A program made the position numbers and the translations under genes. The notes under the pieces are model-generated. The model saw only the letters and a program-made list of their open reading frames with translations. It had not been told where the DNA came from and searched no databases. From the NCBI GenBank assembly GCA_051362555.1, contig CM120642.1, positions 14,384,001-14,448,000 of the forward strand: DNA of 64,000 nt, in the 5' to 3' direction. This stretch comes from Lingula anatina. Taxonomy: Eukaryota; Animalia; Brachiopoda. Below are positions 15,001 to 30,000 of this stretch, piece by piece. Numbering within the stretch: the stretch's first letter is position 1; every line of letters starts with the position of its first letter.

Positions 15001-18000
15001 CTTTTTACAGGATGAAGAAGATGATAAGGGACCCCACCCAGACATGGACTTCACTCTTGGATCCAAGTTAAGGTTAGTAAATTTCATTTTTTTGGGGTGG
15101 TGGGGTTGGTAAATTGAATAAATCTAATCTTGTTTTTCATTTCTTTTTACAGGATGAAGAAGATGAAGTGAGACCCCAACCGGACATGGACTTCACCCTA
15201 GGATCCAAGCTAAGGTAAGTAAATTTCATTTTTTTGGGGTGGCGGGAATGGTAAATTGAAGAAATCTAATCCTGTTTTTCGTTTCTTTTTACAGGACAAA
15301 GAAGATGATGAGCGCCCCTTTCCAGACATGGACTTCACACTTGGATCCAAGCTAAGGTTAGTAAATTTCATTTTTTTGGGGTGGTGGGATGGGTAAATTA
15401 AATAAATCTAATCTTGTTTTTCATTTCTTTTTACAGGACGAAGAAGATGAAGTGAGACCCCAACCGGACATGGACTTCACCCGTGGATCCAAGCTAAGGT
15501 AAGTAAATTTCATATTTTTGGGGTGGCGGGAATGGTAAATTGAAGAAATCTAATCCTGTTTTTCGTTTCTTTTTACAGGACAAAGAAGATGATGAGCGCC
15601 CCCAACCGGACATGGACTTCACCCTTGGATTCAAGCTAAGGTTAGTAAATTTCATTTTTTGGGGTGGGGAGATTAGTAAATTGAAGAAATCTAATCCTGT
15701 TTTTCGTTTCTTTTTACAGGACAAAGAAGATGATGAGCACCCCCAACCGGACATGGACTTCACCCTTGGATTCAAGCTAAGGTTAGTAAATTTCATTTTT
15801 TGGGGGTGGGGGGATTAGTAAATTGAAGAAATCTAATCCTGTTTTTCGTTTCTTTTTACAGGACAAAGAAGATGATGAGCGCCCCTACCCAGACATGGAC
15901 TTCACACTTGGATCCAAGCTAAGGTTAGTAAATTTTATTTTTTCGGGATGGTGGGATGGGTAAATTGAAGAAATCTAATCTTGTTTTTCTTTTCTTTTTA
16001 CAGGATGAAGAAGATGATAAGGGACCCCACCCAGACATGGACTTCACTCTTGGATCCAAGTTAAGGTTAGTAAATTTCATTTTTTTGGGGTGGTGGGGTT
16101 GGTAAATTGAATAAATCTAATCTTGTTTTTCATTTCTTTTTACAGGATGAAGAAGATGAAGTGAGACCCCAACCGGACATGGACTTCACCCTTGGATCCA
16201 AGCTAAGGTAAGTAAATTTCATTTTTTTGGGGTGGCGGGAATGGTAAATTGAAGAAATCTAATCCTGTTTTTCGTTTCTTTTTACAGGACAAAGAAGATG
16301 ATGAGCGCCCCTTCCCAGACATGGACTTCACACTTGGATCCAAGCTAAGGTTAGTAAATTTCATTTTTTTGGGGTGGTGGGATGGGTAAATTAAATAAAT
16401 CTAATCTTGTTTTTCATTTCTTTTTACAGGACGAAGAAGATGAAGTGGGACCCCAACCGGACATGGACTTCACCCGTGGATCCAAGCTAAGGTAAGTAAA
16501 TTTCATTTTTTTGGGGTGGCGGGAATGGTAAATTGAAGAAATCGAATCCTGTTTTTCGTTTCTTTTTACAGGACAAAGAAGATGATGAGCGCCCCCAACC
16601 GGACATGGACTTCACCCTTGGATTCAAGCTAAGGTTAGTAAATTTCATTTTTTAGGGGTGGGGGGATTAGTAAATTGAAGAAATCTAATCCTGTTTTTCG
16701 TTTCTTTTTACAGGACAAAGAAGATGATGAGCGCCCCTACCCAGACATGGACTTCACACTTGGATCCAAGCTAAGGTTAGTAAATTTCATTTTTTTGGGG
16801 TGGTGGGATGGGTAAATTGAAGAAATCTAATCTTGTTTTTCTTTTCTTTTTACAGGATGAAGCAGATGATGAGGGACCCCACCCAGACATGGACTTCACA
16901 CTTGGATCCAAGTTAAGGTTAGTAAATTTCATTTTTTTGGGGTGATGGGGTTGGTAAATTGAAGAAATCTAATCTTGTTTTTCATTTCTTTTTACAGGAC
17001 GAAGAAGATGAAGTGAGACCCCAACCGGACATGGACTTCACCCTTGGATCCAAGCTAAGGTAAGTAAATTTCATTTTTTTGGGGTGGCGGGAATGGTAAA
17101 TTGAAGAAATCTAATCCTGTTTTTCGTTTCTTTTTACAGGACAAAGAAGATGATGAGCGCCCCCAACCGGACATGGACTTCACCCTTGGATTCAAGCTAA
17201 GGTTAGTAAATTTCATTTTTTGGGGGTGGGGGGATTAGTAAATTGAAGAAATCTAATCCTGTTTTTCGTTTCTTTTTACAGGACAAAGAAGATGATGAAC
17301 GCCCCTACCCAGACATGGACTTCACACTTGGATCCAAGCTAAGGTTAGTAAATTTCATTTTTTTGGGGTGGTGGGATGGGTAAATTGAAGAAATCTAATC
17401 TTGTTTTTCGTTTCTTTTTATAGGACGAAGAAGATGATGAGGGACCCCACCCGAACATGGACTTCACACTTGGATCCAAGCTAAGGTTAGTAAATTTTAT
17501 TTTATCGGGGTGGTGGGATGGGTAAATTAAATAAATCTAATCTTGTTTTTCATTTCTTTTTACAGGACGAAGAAGATGAAGTGAGACCCCAACCGGACAT
17601 GGACTTCACCCGTGGATCCAAGCTAAGGTAAGTAAATTTCATTTTTTGGGGGTGGCGGGAATGGTAAATTGAAGAAATCTAATCCTGTTTTTCTTTTTTT
17701 TTTACAGGATGAAGAAGATGATGAGGGACCCCACCCAGACATGGACTTCACTCTTGGATCAAAGTTAAGGTTAGTAAATTTCATTTTTTTGGGGTGGTGG
17801 GATGGGTAAATTGAAGAAATCTAATCTTGTTTTTCTTTTCTTTTTATAGGACGAAGAAGATGATGAGGGACCCCACCCAGACATGGACTTCACACTTGGA
17901 TCCAAGCTAAGGTTAGTAAATTTCATTTTTTTGGGGTGGTGGGATGGGTAAATTGAAGAAATCTAATCTTGTTTTTCGTTTCTTTTTACAGGATGAAGCA

Positions 18001-21000
18001 GATGATGAGGGACCCCACCCAGACATGGACTTCACACTTGGATCCAAGTTAAGGTTAGTAAATTTCATTTTTTTGGGGTGATGGGGTTGGTAAATTGAAG
18101 AAATCTAATCTTGTTTTTCATTTCTTTTTACAGGACGAAGAAGATGAAGTGAGACCCCAACCGGACATGGACTTCACCCTTGGATCCAAGCTAAGGTAAG
18201 TAAATTTCATTTTTTTGGGGTGGCGGGAATGGTAAATTGAAGAAATCTAATCCTGTTTTTCGTTTCTTTTTACAGGACAAAGAAGATGATGAGCGCCCCC
18301 AACCGGACATGGTCTTCACCCTTGGATCCAAGCTAAGGTAAGTAAATTTCATTTTTTGGGGTGGCGGGAATGGTAAATTGAAGAAATCTAATCTTGTTTT
18401 TCTTTTTTTTTCACAGGATGAAGAAGATGATGAGGGACCCCACCCAGACATGGACTTCACTCTTGGATCCAAGTTAAGGTTAGTAAATTTCATTTTTTTG
18501 GGGTGATGGGGTTGGTAAATTGAAGAAATCTAATCTTGTTTTTCATTTCTTTTTACAGGACGAAGAAGATGAAGTGAGACCCCAACCGGACATGGACTTC
18601 ACCCTTGGATCCAAGCTAAGGTAAGTAAATTTCATTTTTTTGGGGTGGCGGGAATGGTAAATTGAAGAAATCTAATCCTGTTTTTCGTTTCTTTTTACAG
18701 GACAAAGAAGATGATGAGCGCCCCCAACCGGACATGGTCTTCACCCTTGGATCCAAGCTAAGGTAAGTAAATTTCATTTTTTGGGGTGGCGGGAATGGTA
18801 AATTGAAAAAATCTAATCTTGTTTTTCTTTTTTTTTCACAGGATGAAGAAGATGATGAGGGACCCCACCCAGACATGGACTTCACTCTTGGATCCAAGTT
18901 AAGGTTAGTAAATTTCATTTTTTTGGGGTGATGGGGTTGGTAAATTGAAGAAATCTAATCTTGTTTTTCATTTCTTTTTACAGGACGAAGAAGATGAAGT
19001 GAGACCCCAACCGGACATGGACTTCACCCTTGGATCCAAGCTAAGGTAAGTAAATTTCATTTTTTTGGGGTGGCGGGAATGGTAAATTGAAGAAATCTAA
19101 TCCTGTTTTTCGTTTCTTTTTACAGGACAAAGAAGATGATGAGCGCCCCCAACCGGACATGGACTTCACCCTTGGATTCAAGCTAAGGTTAGTAAATTTC
19201 ATTTTTTGGGGTGGGGAGATTAGTAAATTGAAGAAATCTAATCCTGTTTTTCGTTTCTTTTTACAGGACAAAGAAGATGATGAGCGCCCCCAACCGGACA
19301 TGGACTTCACCCTTGGATTCAAGCTAAGGTTAGTAAATTTCATTTTTTGGGGGTGGGGGGATTAGTAAATTGAAGAAATCTAATCCTGTTTTTCGTTTCT
19401 TTTTACAGGACAAAGAAGATGATGAGCGCCCCTACCCAGACATGGACTTCACACTTGGATCCAAGCTAAGGTTAGTAAATTTTATTTTTTCGGGATGGTG
19501 GGATGGGTAAATTGAAGAAATCTAATCTTGTTTTTCTTTTCTTTTTACAGGATGAAGAAGATGATAAGGGACCCCACCCAGACATGGACTTCACTCTTGG
19601 ATCCAAGTTAAGGTTAGTAAATTTCATTTTTTTGGGGTGGTGGGGTTGGTAAATTGAATAAATCTAATCTTGTTTTTCATTTCTTTTTACAGGATGAAGA
19701 AGATGAAGTGAGACCCCAACCGGACATGGACTTCACCCTTGGATCCAAGCTAAGGTAAGTAAATTTCATTTTTTTGGGGTGGCGGGAATGGTAAATTGAA
19801 GAAATCTAATCCTGTTTTTCGTTTCTTTTTACAGGACAAAGAAGATGATGAGCGCCCCTTCCCAGACATGGACTTCACACTTGGATCCAAGCTAAGGTTA
19901 GTAAATTTTATTTTATCGGGTGGTGGGATGGGTAAATTAAATAAATCTAATCTTGTTTTTCGTTTCTTTTTATAGGACGAAGAAGATGATGAGGGACCCC
20001 ACCCGAACATGGACTTCACACTTGGATCCAAGCTAAGGTTAATATATTTTTTTTTATCGGGGTGGTGGGATGGGTAAATTAAATAAATCTAATCTTGTTT
20101 TTCATTTCTTTTTACAGGACGAAGAAGATGAAGTGAGACCCCAACCGGACATGGACTTCACCCGTGGATCCAAGCTAAGGTAAGTAAATTTCATTTTTTT
20201 GGGGTGGCGGGAATGGTAAATTGAAGAAATCTAATCCTGTTTTTCTTTTCTTTTTACAGGATGAAGAAGATGATGAGGGACCCCACCCAGACATGGACTT
20301 CACTCTTGGATCAAAGTTAAGGTTAGTAAATTTCATTTCTTTGGCGTGGTGGGATGGGTAAATTGAAGAAATCTAATCTTGTTTTTCTTTTCTTTTTATA
20401 GGACGAAGAAGATGATGAGGGACCCCACCCAGACATGGACTTCACACTTGGATCCAAGCTAAGGTTAGTAAATTTCATTTTTTTAGGGTGGTGGGATGGG
20501 TAAATTAAATAAATCTAAGCTTCTTTTTCATTTCTTTTTACAGGACGAAGAAGATGAAGTGAGACCCCAACCGGACATGGACTTCACCCTTGGATCCAAG
20601 CTAAGGTAAGTAAATTTTATTTTTTTGGGGTGGCGGGAATGGTAAATTGAAGAAATCTAATCCTGTTTTTCGTTTCTTTTTACAGGACAAAGAAGATGAT
20701 GAGCGCCCCCAACCGGACATGGACTTCACCCTTGGATTCAAGCTAAGGTTAGTAAATTTCATTTTTTGGGGTGGGGAGATTAGTAAATTGAAGAAATCTA
20801 ATCCTGTTTTTCGTTTCTTTTTACAGGACAAAGAAGATGATGAGCGCCCCTTCCCAGACATGGACTTCACACTTGGATCCAAGCTAAGGTTAGTAAATTT
20901 TATTTTTTCGGTGTGGTGGGATGGGTAAATTGAAGAAATCTAATCTTGTTTTTGTTTTCTTTTTACAGAATGAAGAAGATGATGAGGGACCCCACCCAGA

Positions 21001-24000
21001 TATGGACTTCACACTTGGATCCAAGCTAAGGTTAGTAAATTTCATTTTTTTGGGGTGGTGGGATGGGTAAATTAAATAAATCTAATCTTGTTTTTCATTT
21101 CTTTTTACAGGACGAAGAAGATGAAGTGAGACCCCAACCGGACATGGACTTCACCCGTGGATCCAAGCTAAGGTAAGTAAATTTCATTTTTTTGGGGTGG
21201 CGGGAATGGTAAATTGAAGAAATCTAATCCTGTTTTTCGTTTCTTTTTACAGGACAAAGAAGATGATGAGCGCCCCCAACCGGACATGGACTTCACCCTT
21301 GGATTCAAGCTAAGGTTAGTAAATTTCATTTTTTAGGGGTGGGGGGATTAGTAAATTGAAGAAATCTAATCCTGTTTTTCGTTTCTTTTTACAGGACAAA
21401 GAAGATGATGAGCGCCCCTACCCAGACATGGACTTCACACTTGGATCCAAGCTAAGGTTAGTAAATTTCATTTTTTTGGGGTGGTGGGATGGGTAAATTG
21501 AAGAAATCTAATCTTGTTTTTCTTTTCTTTTTACAGGACGAAGAAGATGAAGTGAGACCCCAACCGGACATGGACTTCACCCTTGGATCCAAGCTAAGGT
21601 AAGTAAATTTCATTTTTTTGGGGTGGCGGGAATGGTAAATTGAAGAAATCTAATCCTGTTTTTCGTTTCTTTTTACAGGACGAAGAAGATGAAGTGAGAC
21701 CCCAACCGGACATGGACTTCACCCTTGGATCCAAGCTAAGGTAAGTAAATTTCATTTTTTTGGGGTGGCGGGAATGGTAAATTGAAGAAATCTAATCCTG
21801 TTTTTCGTTTCTTTTTACAGGACGAAGAAGATGAAGTGAGACCCCAACCGGACATGGACTTCACCCTTGGATCCAAGCTAAGGTTAGTAAATTTTATTTT
21901 TTCGGGGTGGTGGGATGGGTAAATTGAAGAAATCTAATCTTGTTTTTCGTTTCTTTTTATAGGACGAAGAAGATGAGGGACCCCACCCGGACATGGACTT
22001 CACACTTGGATCCAATCTAAGGTTAGTAAATTTCATTTTTTTGGGGTGGTGGGATGGGTAAATTGAAGAAATCTAATCTTGTTTTTCTTTTTTTTTTTAC
22101 AGGATGAAGAAGATGATGAGGGACCCCACCCAGACATGGACTTCACTCTTGGATCCAAGTTAAGGTTAGTAAATTTCATTTTTTTGGGGTGATGGGGTTG
22201 GTAAATTGAAGAAATCTAATCTTGTTTTTCATTTCTTTTTACAGGACGAAGAAGATGAAGTGAGACCCCAACCGGACATGGACTTCACCCTTGGATCCAA
22301 GCTAAGGTAAGTAAATTTCATTTTTTTGGGGTGTGGGGATTAGTAAATTGAAGAAATCTAATCCTGTTTTTCGTTTCTTTTTAAAGGACAAAGAAGATGA
22401 TGAGCGCCCCTACCCAGACATGGACTTCACCCTTGGATTCAAGCTAAGGTTAGTAAATTTTATTTTTTCGGGGTGGCGGGAATGGTAAATTGAAGAAATC
22501 TAATCCTGTTTTTCGTTTCTTTTTACAGGACAAAGAAGATGATGAGCGCCCCCAACCGGACATGGACTTCACCCTTGGATTCAAGCTAAGGTTAGTAAAT
22601 TTCATTTTTTGGGGGTGGGGGGATTAGTAAATTGAAGAAATCTAATCCTGTTTTTCGTTTCTTTTTACAGGACAAAGAAGATGATGAGCGCCCCTACCCA
22701 GACATGGACTTCACACTTGGATCCAAGCTAAGGTTAGTAAATTTTATTTTTTCGGGGTGGTGGGATGGGTAAATTGAAGAAATCTAATCTTGTTTTTCGT
22801 TTCTTTTTATAGGACGAAGAAGATGATGAGGGACCCCACTCGGACATGGACTTCACACTTGGATCCAAGCTAAGGTTAGTAAATTTCATTTTTTTGGGGT
22901 GGTGGGATGGGTAAATTGAAGAAATCTAATCTTGTTTTTCTTTTATTTTTACAGGATGAAGAAGATGATGAGGGACCCCACCCAGACATGGACTTCATTC
23001 TTGGATCCAAGTTAAGGTTAGTAAATTTCATTTTTTTTGGGGTGATGGGGTTGGTAAATTGAAGAAATCTAATCCTGTTTTTCTTTTCTTTTTACAGGAC
23101 GAAGAAGATGAAGTGAGACCCCAACCGGACATGGACTTCACCCTTGGATCCTAGCTAAGGTTAGTAAATTTCATTTTTTTGGGGTGGTGGGATGGGTAAA
23201 TTGAAGAAATCTAATCTTGTTTTTCTTTTATTTTTACAGGATGAAGAAGATGATGAGGGACCCCACCCAGACATGGACTTCATTCTTGGATCCAAGCTAA
23301 GGTTAGTAAATTTCATTTTTTTGGGGTGGTGGGATGGGTAAATTGAAGAAATCTAATCTTGTTTTTCATTTCTTTTTACAGGACGAAGAAGATGAAGTGA
23401 GACCCCAACCGGACATGGACTTCACCCGTGGATCCAAGCTAAGGTAAGTAAATTTCATTTTTTTGGGGTGGCGGGAATGGTAAATTGAAGAAATCTAATC
23501 CTGTTTTTCTTTTCTTTTTACAGGATGAAGAAGATGATGAGGGACCCCACCCAGACATGGACTTCACTCTTGGATCAAAGTTAAGGTTAGTAAATTTCAT
23601 TTCTTTGGCGTGGTGGGATGGGTAAATTGAAGAAATCTAATCTTGTTTTTCTTTTCTTTTTATAGGACGAAGAAGATGATGAGGGACCCCACCCAGACAT
23701 GGACTTCACACTTGGATCCAAGCTAAGGTTAGTAAATTTCATTTTTTTAGGGTGGTGGGATGGGTAAATTAAATAAATCTAAGCTTCTTTTTCATTTCTT
23801 TTTACAGGACGAAGAAGATGAAGTGAGACCCTAACCGGACATGGACTTCACCCTTGGATCCAAGCTAAGGTAAGTAAATTTTATTTTTTTGGGGTGGCGG
23901 GAATGGTAAATTGAAGAAATCTAATCCTGTTTTTCGTTTCTTTTTACAGGACAAAGAAGATGATGAGCGCCCCCAACCGGACATGGACTTCACCCTTGGA

Positions 24001-27000
24001 TTCAAGCTAAGGTTAGTAAATTTCATTTTTTGGGGTGGGGAGATTAGTAAATTGAAGAAATCTAATCCTGTTTTTCGTTTCTTTTTACAGGACAAAGAAG
24101 ATGATGAGCGCCCCTTCCCAGACATGGACTTCACACTTGGATCCAAGCTAAGGTTAGTAAATTTTATTTTTTCGGTGTGGTGGGATGGGTAAATTGAAGA
24201 AATCTAATCTTGTTTTTGTTTTCTTTTTACAGAATGAAGAAGATGATGAGGGACCCCACCCAGATATGGACTTCACACTTGGATCCAAGCTAAGGTTAGT
24301 AAATTTCATTTTTTTTGGGGTGGTGGGATGGGTAAATTAAATAAATCTAATCTTGTTTTTCATTTCTTTTTACAGGACGAAGAAGATGAAGTGAGACCCC
24401 AACCGGACATGGACTTCACCCGTGGATCCAAGCTAAGGTAAGTAAATTTCATTTTTTTGGGGTGGCGGGAATGGTAAATTGAAGAAATCTAATCCTGTTT
24501 TTCGTTTCTTTTTACAGGACAAAGAAGATGATGAGCGCCCCCAACCGGACATGGACTTCACCCTTGGATTCAAGCTAAGGTTAGTAAATTTCATTTTTAA
24601 GGGGTGGGGGGATTAGTAAATTGAAGAAATCTAATCCTGTTTTTCGTTTCTTTTTACAGGACAAAGAAGATGATGAGCGCCCCTACCCAGACATGGACTT
24701 CACACTTGGATCCAAGCTAAGGTTAGTAAATTTCATTTTTTTGGGGTGGTGGGATGGGTAAATTGAAGAAATCTAATCTTGTTTTTCTTTTCTTTTTACA
24801 GGACGAAGAAGATGAAGTGAGACCCCAACCGGACATGGACTTCACCCTTGGATCCAAGCTAAGGTAAGTAAATTTCATTTTTTTGGGGTGGCGGGAATGG
24901 TAAATTGAAGAAATCTAATCCTGTTTTTCGTTTCTTTTTACAGGACGAAGAAGATGAAGTGAGACCCCAACCGGACATGGACTTCACCCTTGGATCCAAG
25001 CTAAGGTAAGTAAATTTCATTTTTTTGGGGTGGCGGGAATGGTAAATTGAAGAAATCTAATCCTGTTTTTCGTTTCTTTTTACAGGACGAAGAAGATGAA
25101 GTGAGACCCCAACCGGACATGGACTTCACCCTTGGATCCAAGCTAAGGTTAGTAAATTTTATTTTTTCGGGGTGGTGGGATGGGTAAATTGAAGAAATCT
25201 AATCTTGTTTTTCGTTTCTTTTTATAGGACGAAGAAGATGAGGGACCCCACCCGGACATGGACTTCACACTTGGATCCAATCTAAGGTTAGTAAATTTCA
25301 TTTTTTTGGGGTGGTGGGATGGGTAAATTGAAGAAATCTAATCTTGTTTTTCTTTTTTTTTTTACAGGATGAAGAAGATGATGAGGGACCCCACCCAGAC
25401 ATGGACTTCACTCTTGGATCCAAGTTAAGGTTAGTAAATTTCATTTTTTTGGGGTGATGGGGTTGGTAAATTGAAGAAATCTAATCTTGTTTTTCATTTC
25501 TTTTTACAGGACGAAGAAGATGAAGTGAGACCCCAACCGGACATGGACTTCACCCTTGGATCCAAGCTAAGGTAAGTAAATTTCATTTTTTTGGGGTGTG
25601 GGGATTAGTAAATTGAAGAAATCTAATCCTGTTTTTCGTTTCTTTTTAAAGGACAAAGAAGATGATGAGCGCCCCTACCCAGACATGGACTTCACCCTTG
25701 GATTCAAGCTAAGGTTAGTAAATTTTATTTTTTCGGGGTGGCGGGAATGGTAAATTGAAGAAATCTAATCCTGTTTTTCGTTTCTTTTTACAGGACAAAG
25801 AAGATGATGAGCGCCCCCAACCGGACATGGACTTCACCCTTGGATTCAAGCTAAGGTTAGTAAATTTCATTTTTTGGGGGTGGGGGGATTAGTAAATTGA
25901 AGAAATCTAATCCTGTTTTTCGTTTCTTTTTACAGGACAAAGAAGATGATGAGCGCCCCTACCCAGACATGGACTTCACACTTGGATCCAAGCTAAGGTT
26001 AGTAAATTTTATTTTTTCGGGGTGGTGGGATGGGTAAATTGAAGAAATCTAATCTTGTTTTTCGTTTCTTTTTATAGGACGAAGAAGATGATGAGGGACC
26101 CCACTCGGACATGGACTTCACACTTGGATCCAAGCTAAGGTTAGTAAATTTCATTTTTTTGGGGTGGTGGGATGGGTAAATTGAAGAAATCTAATCTTGT
26201 TTTTCTTTTATTTTTACAGGATGAAGAAGATGATGAGGGACCCCACCCAGACATGGACTTCATTCTTGGATCCAAGTTAAGGTTAGTAAATTTCATTTTT
26301 TTTGGGGTGATGGGGTTGGTAAATTGAAGAAATCTAATCCTGTTTTTCTTTTCTTTTTACAGGACGAAGAAGATGAAGTGAGACCCCAACCGGACATGGA
26401 CTTATCCTTGGATCCTAGCTAAGGTAAGTAAATTTCATTTTTTTGGGGTGGCGGGAATGGTAAATTGAAGAAATCTAATCCTGTTTTTCGTTTCTTTTTA
26501 CAGGACAAAGAAGATGATGAGCGCCCCCAACCGGACATGGACTTCACCCTTGGATTCAAGCTAAGGTTAGTAAATTTCATTTTTTGGGGGTGGGGGGATT
26601 AGTAAATTGAAGAAATCTAATCCTGTTTTTCGTTTCTTTTTACAGGACAAAGAAGATGATGAGCGCCCCTACCCAGACATGGACTTCACACTTGGATCCA
26701 AGCTAAGGTTAGTAAATTTTATTTTTTCGGGGTGGTGGGATGGGTAAATTGAAGAAATCTAATCTTGTTTTTCGTTTCTTTTTATAGGACGAAGAATATG
26801 ATGAGGGACCCCACTCGGACATGGACTTCACACTTGGATCCAAGCTAAGGTTAGTAAATTTCATTTTTTTGGGGTGGTGGGATGGGTAAATTGAAGAAAT
26901 CTAATCTTGTTTTTCTTTTATTTTTACAGGATGAAGAAGATGATGAGGGACCCCACCCAGACATGGACTTCACTCTTGGATCCAAGTTAAGGTTAGTAAA

Positions 27001-30000
27001 TTTCATTATTTTGGGGTGATGGGGTTGGTAAATTGAAGAAATCTAATCCTGTTTTTCTTTTCTTTTTACCGGACGAAGAAGATGAAGTGAGACCCCAACC
27101 GGACATGGACTTCACCCTTGGATCCAAGCTAAGGTAAGTAAATTTCATTTTTTTGGGGTGGCGGGAATGGTAAATTGAAGAAATCTAATCCTGTTTTTCG
27201 TTTCTTTTTACAGGACAAAGAAGATGATGAGCGCCCCCAACCGGACATGGACTTCACCCTTGGATTCAAGCTAAGGTTAGTAAATTTCATTTTTTGGGGG
27301 TGGGGGGATTAGTAAATTGACGAAATCTAATCCTGTTTTTCGTTTCTTTTTACAGGACAAAGAAGATGATGAACGCCCCTACCCAGACATGGACTTCACA
27401 CTTGGATCCAAGCTAAGGTTAGTAAATTTCATTTTTTTGGGGTGGTGGGATGGGTAAATTGAAGAAATCTAATCTTGTTTTTCGTTTCTTTTTATAGGAC
27501 GAAGAAGATGATGAGGGACCCCACCCGGACATGGACTTCACACTTGGATCCAAGCTAAGGTTAGTAAATTTCATTTTTTTGGGGTGGTGGGATGGGTAAA
27601 TTGAAGAAATCTAATCTTGTTTTTCTTTTCTTTTTACAGGATGAAGAAGATGATAAGGGACCCCACCCAGACATGGACTTCACTCTTGGATCCAAGTTAA
27701 GGTTAGTAAATTTCATTTTTTTGGGGTGGTGGGGTTGGTAAATTGAATAAATCTAATCTTGTTTTTCATTTCTTTTTACAGGATGAAGAAGATGAAGTGA
27801 GACCCCAACCGGACATGGACTTCACCCTTGGATCCAAGCTAAGGTAAGTAAATTTCATTTTTTTTGGGATGGCGGGAATGGTAAATTGAAGAAATCTAAT
27901 CCTGTTTTTCGTTTCTTTTTACAGGACAAAGAAGATGATGAGCGCCCCTTCCCAGACATGGACTTCACACTTGGATCCAAGCTAAGGTTAGTAAATTTTA
28001 TTTTATCGGGGTGGTGGGATGGGTAAATTAAATAAATCTAATCTTGTTTTTCATTTCTTTTTACAGGACGAAGAAGATGAAGTGAGACCCCAACCGGACA
28101 TGGACTTCACCCGTGGATCCAAGCTAAGGTAAGTAAATTTCATTTTTTTGGGGTGGCGGGAATGGTAAATTGAAGAAATCTAATCCTGTTTTTCTTTTCT
28201 TTTTACAGGATGAAGAAGATGATGAGGGACCCCACCCAGACATGGACTTCACTCTTGGATCAAAGTTAAGGTTAGTAAATTTCATTTTTTTGGGGTGGTG
28301 GGATGTGTAAATTGAAGAAATCTAATCTTGTTTTTCTTTTATTTTTACAGGATGAAGAAGATGATGAGGGACCCCACCCAGACATGGACTTCATTCTTGG
28401 ATCCAAGTTAAGGTTAGTAAATTTCATTTTTTTGGGGTGATGGGGTTGGTAAATTGAAGAAATCTAATCCTGTTTTTCTTTTCTTTTTACAGGACGAAGA
28501 AGATGAAGTGAGACCCCAACCGGACATGGACTTCACCCTTGGATCCAAGCTAAGGTAAGTAAATTTCATTTTTTTGGGGTGGCGGGAATGGTAAATTGAA
28601 GAAATCTAATCCTGTTTTTCGTTTCTTTTTACAGGACAAAGAAGATGATGAGCGCCCCCAACCGGACATGGACTTCACCCTTGGATTCAAGCTAAGGTTA
28701 GTAAATTTCATTTTTTGGGGGTGGGGGGATTAGTAAATTGAAGAAATCTAATCCTGTTTTTCGTTTCTTTTTACAGGACAAAGAAGATGATGAGCGCCCC
28801 TACCCAGACATGGACTTCACACTTGGATCCAAGCTAAGGTTAGTAAATTTTATTTTTTCGGGGTGGTGGGATGGGTAAATTGAAGAAATCTAATCTTGTT
28901 TTTCGTTTCTTTTTATAGGACGAAGAAGATGATGAGGGACCCCACTCGGACATGGACTTCACACTTGGATCCAAGCTAAGGTTAGTAAATTTCATTTTTT
29001 TGGGGTGGTGGGATGGGTGAATTGAAGAAATCTAATCTTGTTTTTCTTTTATTTTTACAGGATGAAGAAGATGATGAGGGACCCCACCCAGACATGGACT
29101 TCACTCTTGGATCCAAGTTAAGGTTAGTAAATTTCATTATTTTGGGGTGATGGGGTTGGTAAATTGAAGAAATCTAATCCTGTTTTTCTTTTCTTTTTAC
29201 CGGACGAAGAAGATGAAGTGAGACCCCAACCGGACATGGACTTCACCCTTGGATCCAAGCTAAGGTAAGTAAATTTCATTTTTTTGGGGTGGCGGGAATG
29301 GTAAATTGAAGAAATCTAATCCTGTTTTTCGTTTCTTTTTACAGGACAAAGAAGATGATGAGCGCCCCCAACCGGACATGGACTTCACCCTTGGATTCAA
29401 GCTAAGGTTAGTAAATTTCATTTTTTGGGGGTGGGGGGATTAGTAAATTGACGAAATCTAATCCTGTTTTTCGTTTCTTTTTACAGGACAAAGAAGATGA
29501 TGAACGCCCCTACCCAGACATGGACTTCACACTTGGATCCAAGCTAAGGTTAGTAAATTTCATTTTTTTGGGGTGGTGGGATGGGTAAATTGAAGAAATC
29601 TAATCTTGTTTTTCGTTTCTTTTTATAGGACGAAGAAGATGATGAGGGACCCCACCCGGACATGGACTTCACACTTGGATCCAAGCTAAGGTTAGTAAAT
29701 TTCATTTTTTTGGGATTTCGGGAATGGTAAATTGAAGAAATCTAATCCTGTTTTTCGTTTCTTTTTACAGGACAAAGAAGATGATGAGCGCCCCTTCCCA
29801 GACATGGACTTCACACTTGGATCCAAGCTAAGGTTAGTAAATTTTATTTTATCGGGGTGGTGGGATGGGTAAATTAAATAAATCTAATCTTGTTTTTCAT
29901 TTCTTTTTACAGGACGAAGAAGATGAAGTGAGACCCCAACCGGACATGGACTTCACCCGTGGATCCAAGCTAAGGTAAGTAAATTTCATTTTTTTGGGGT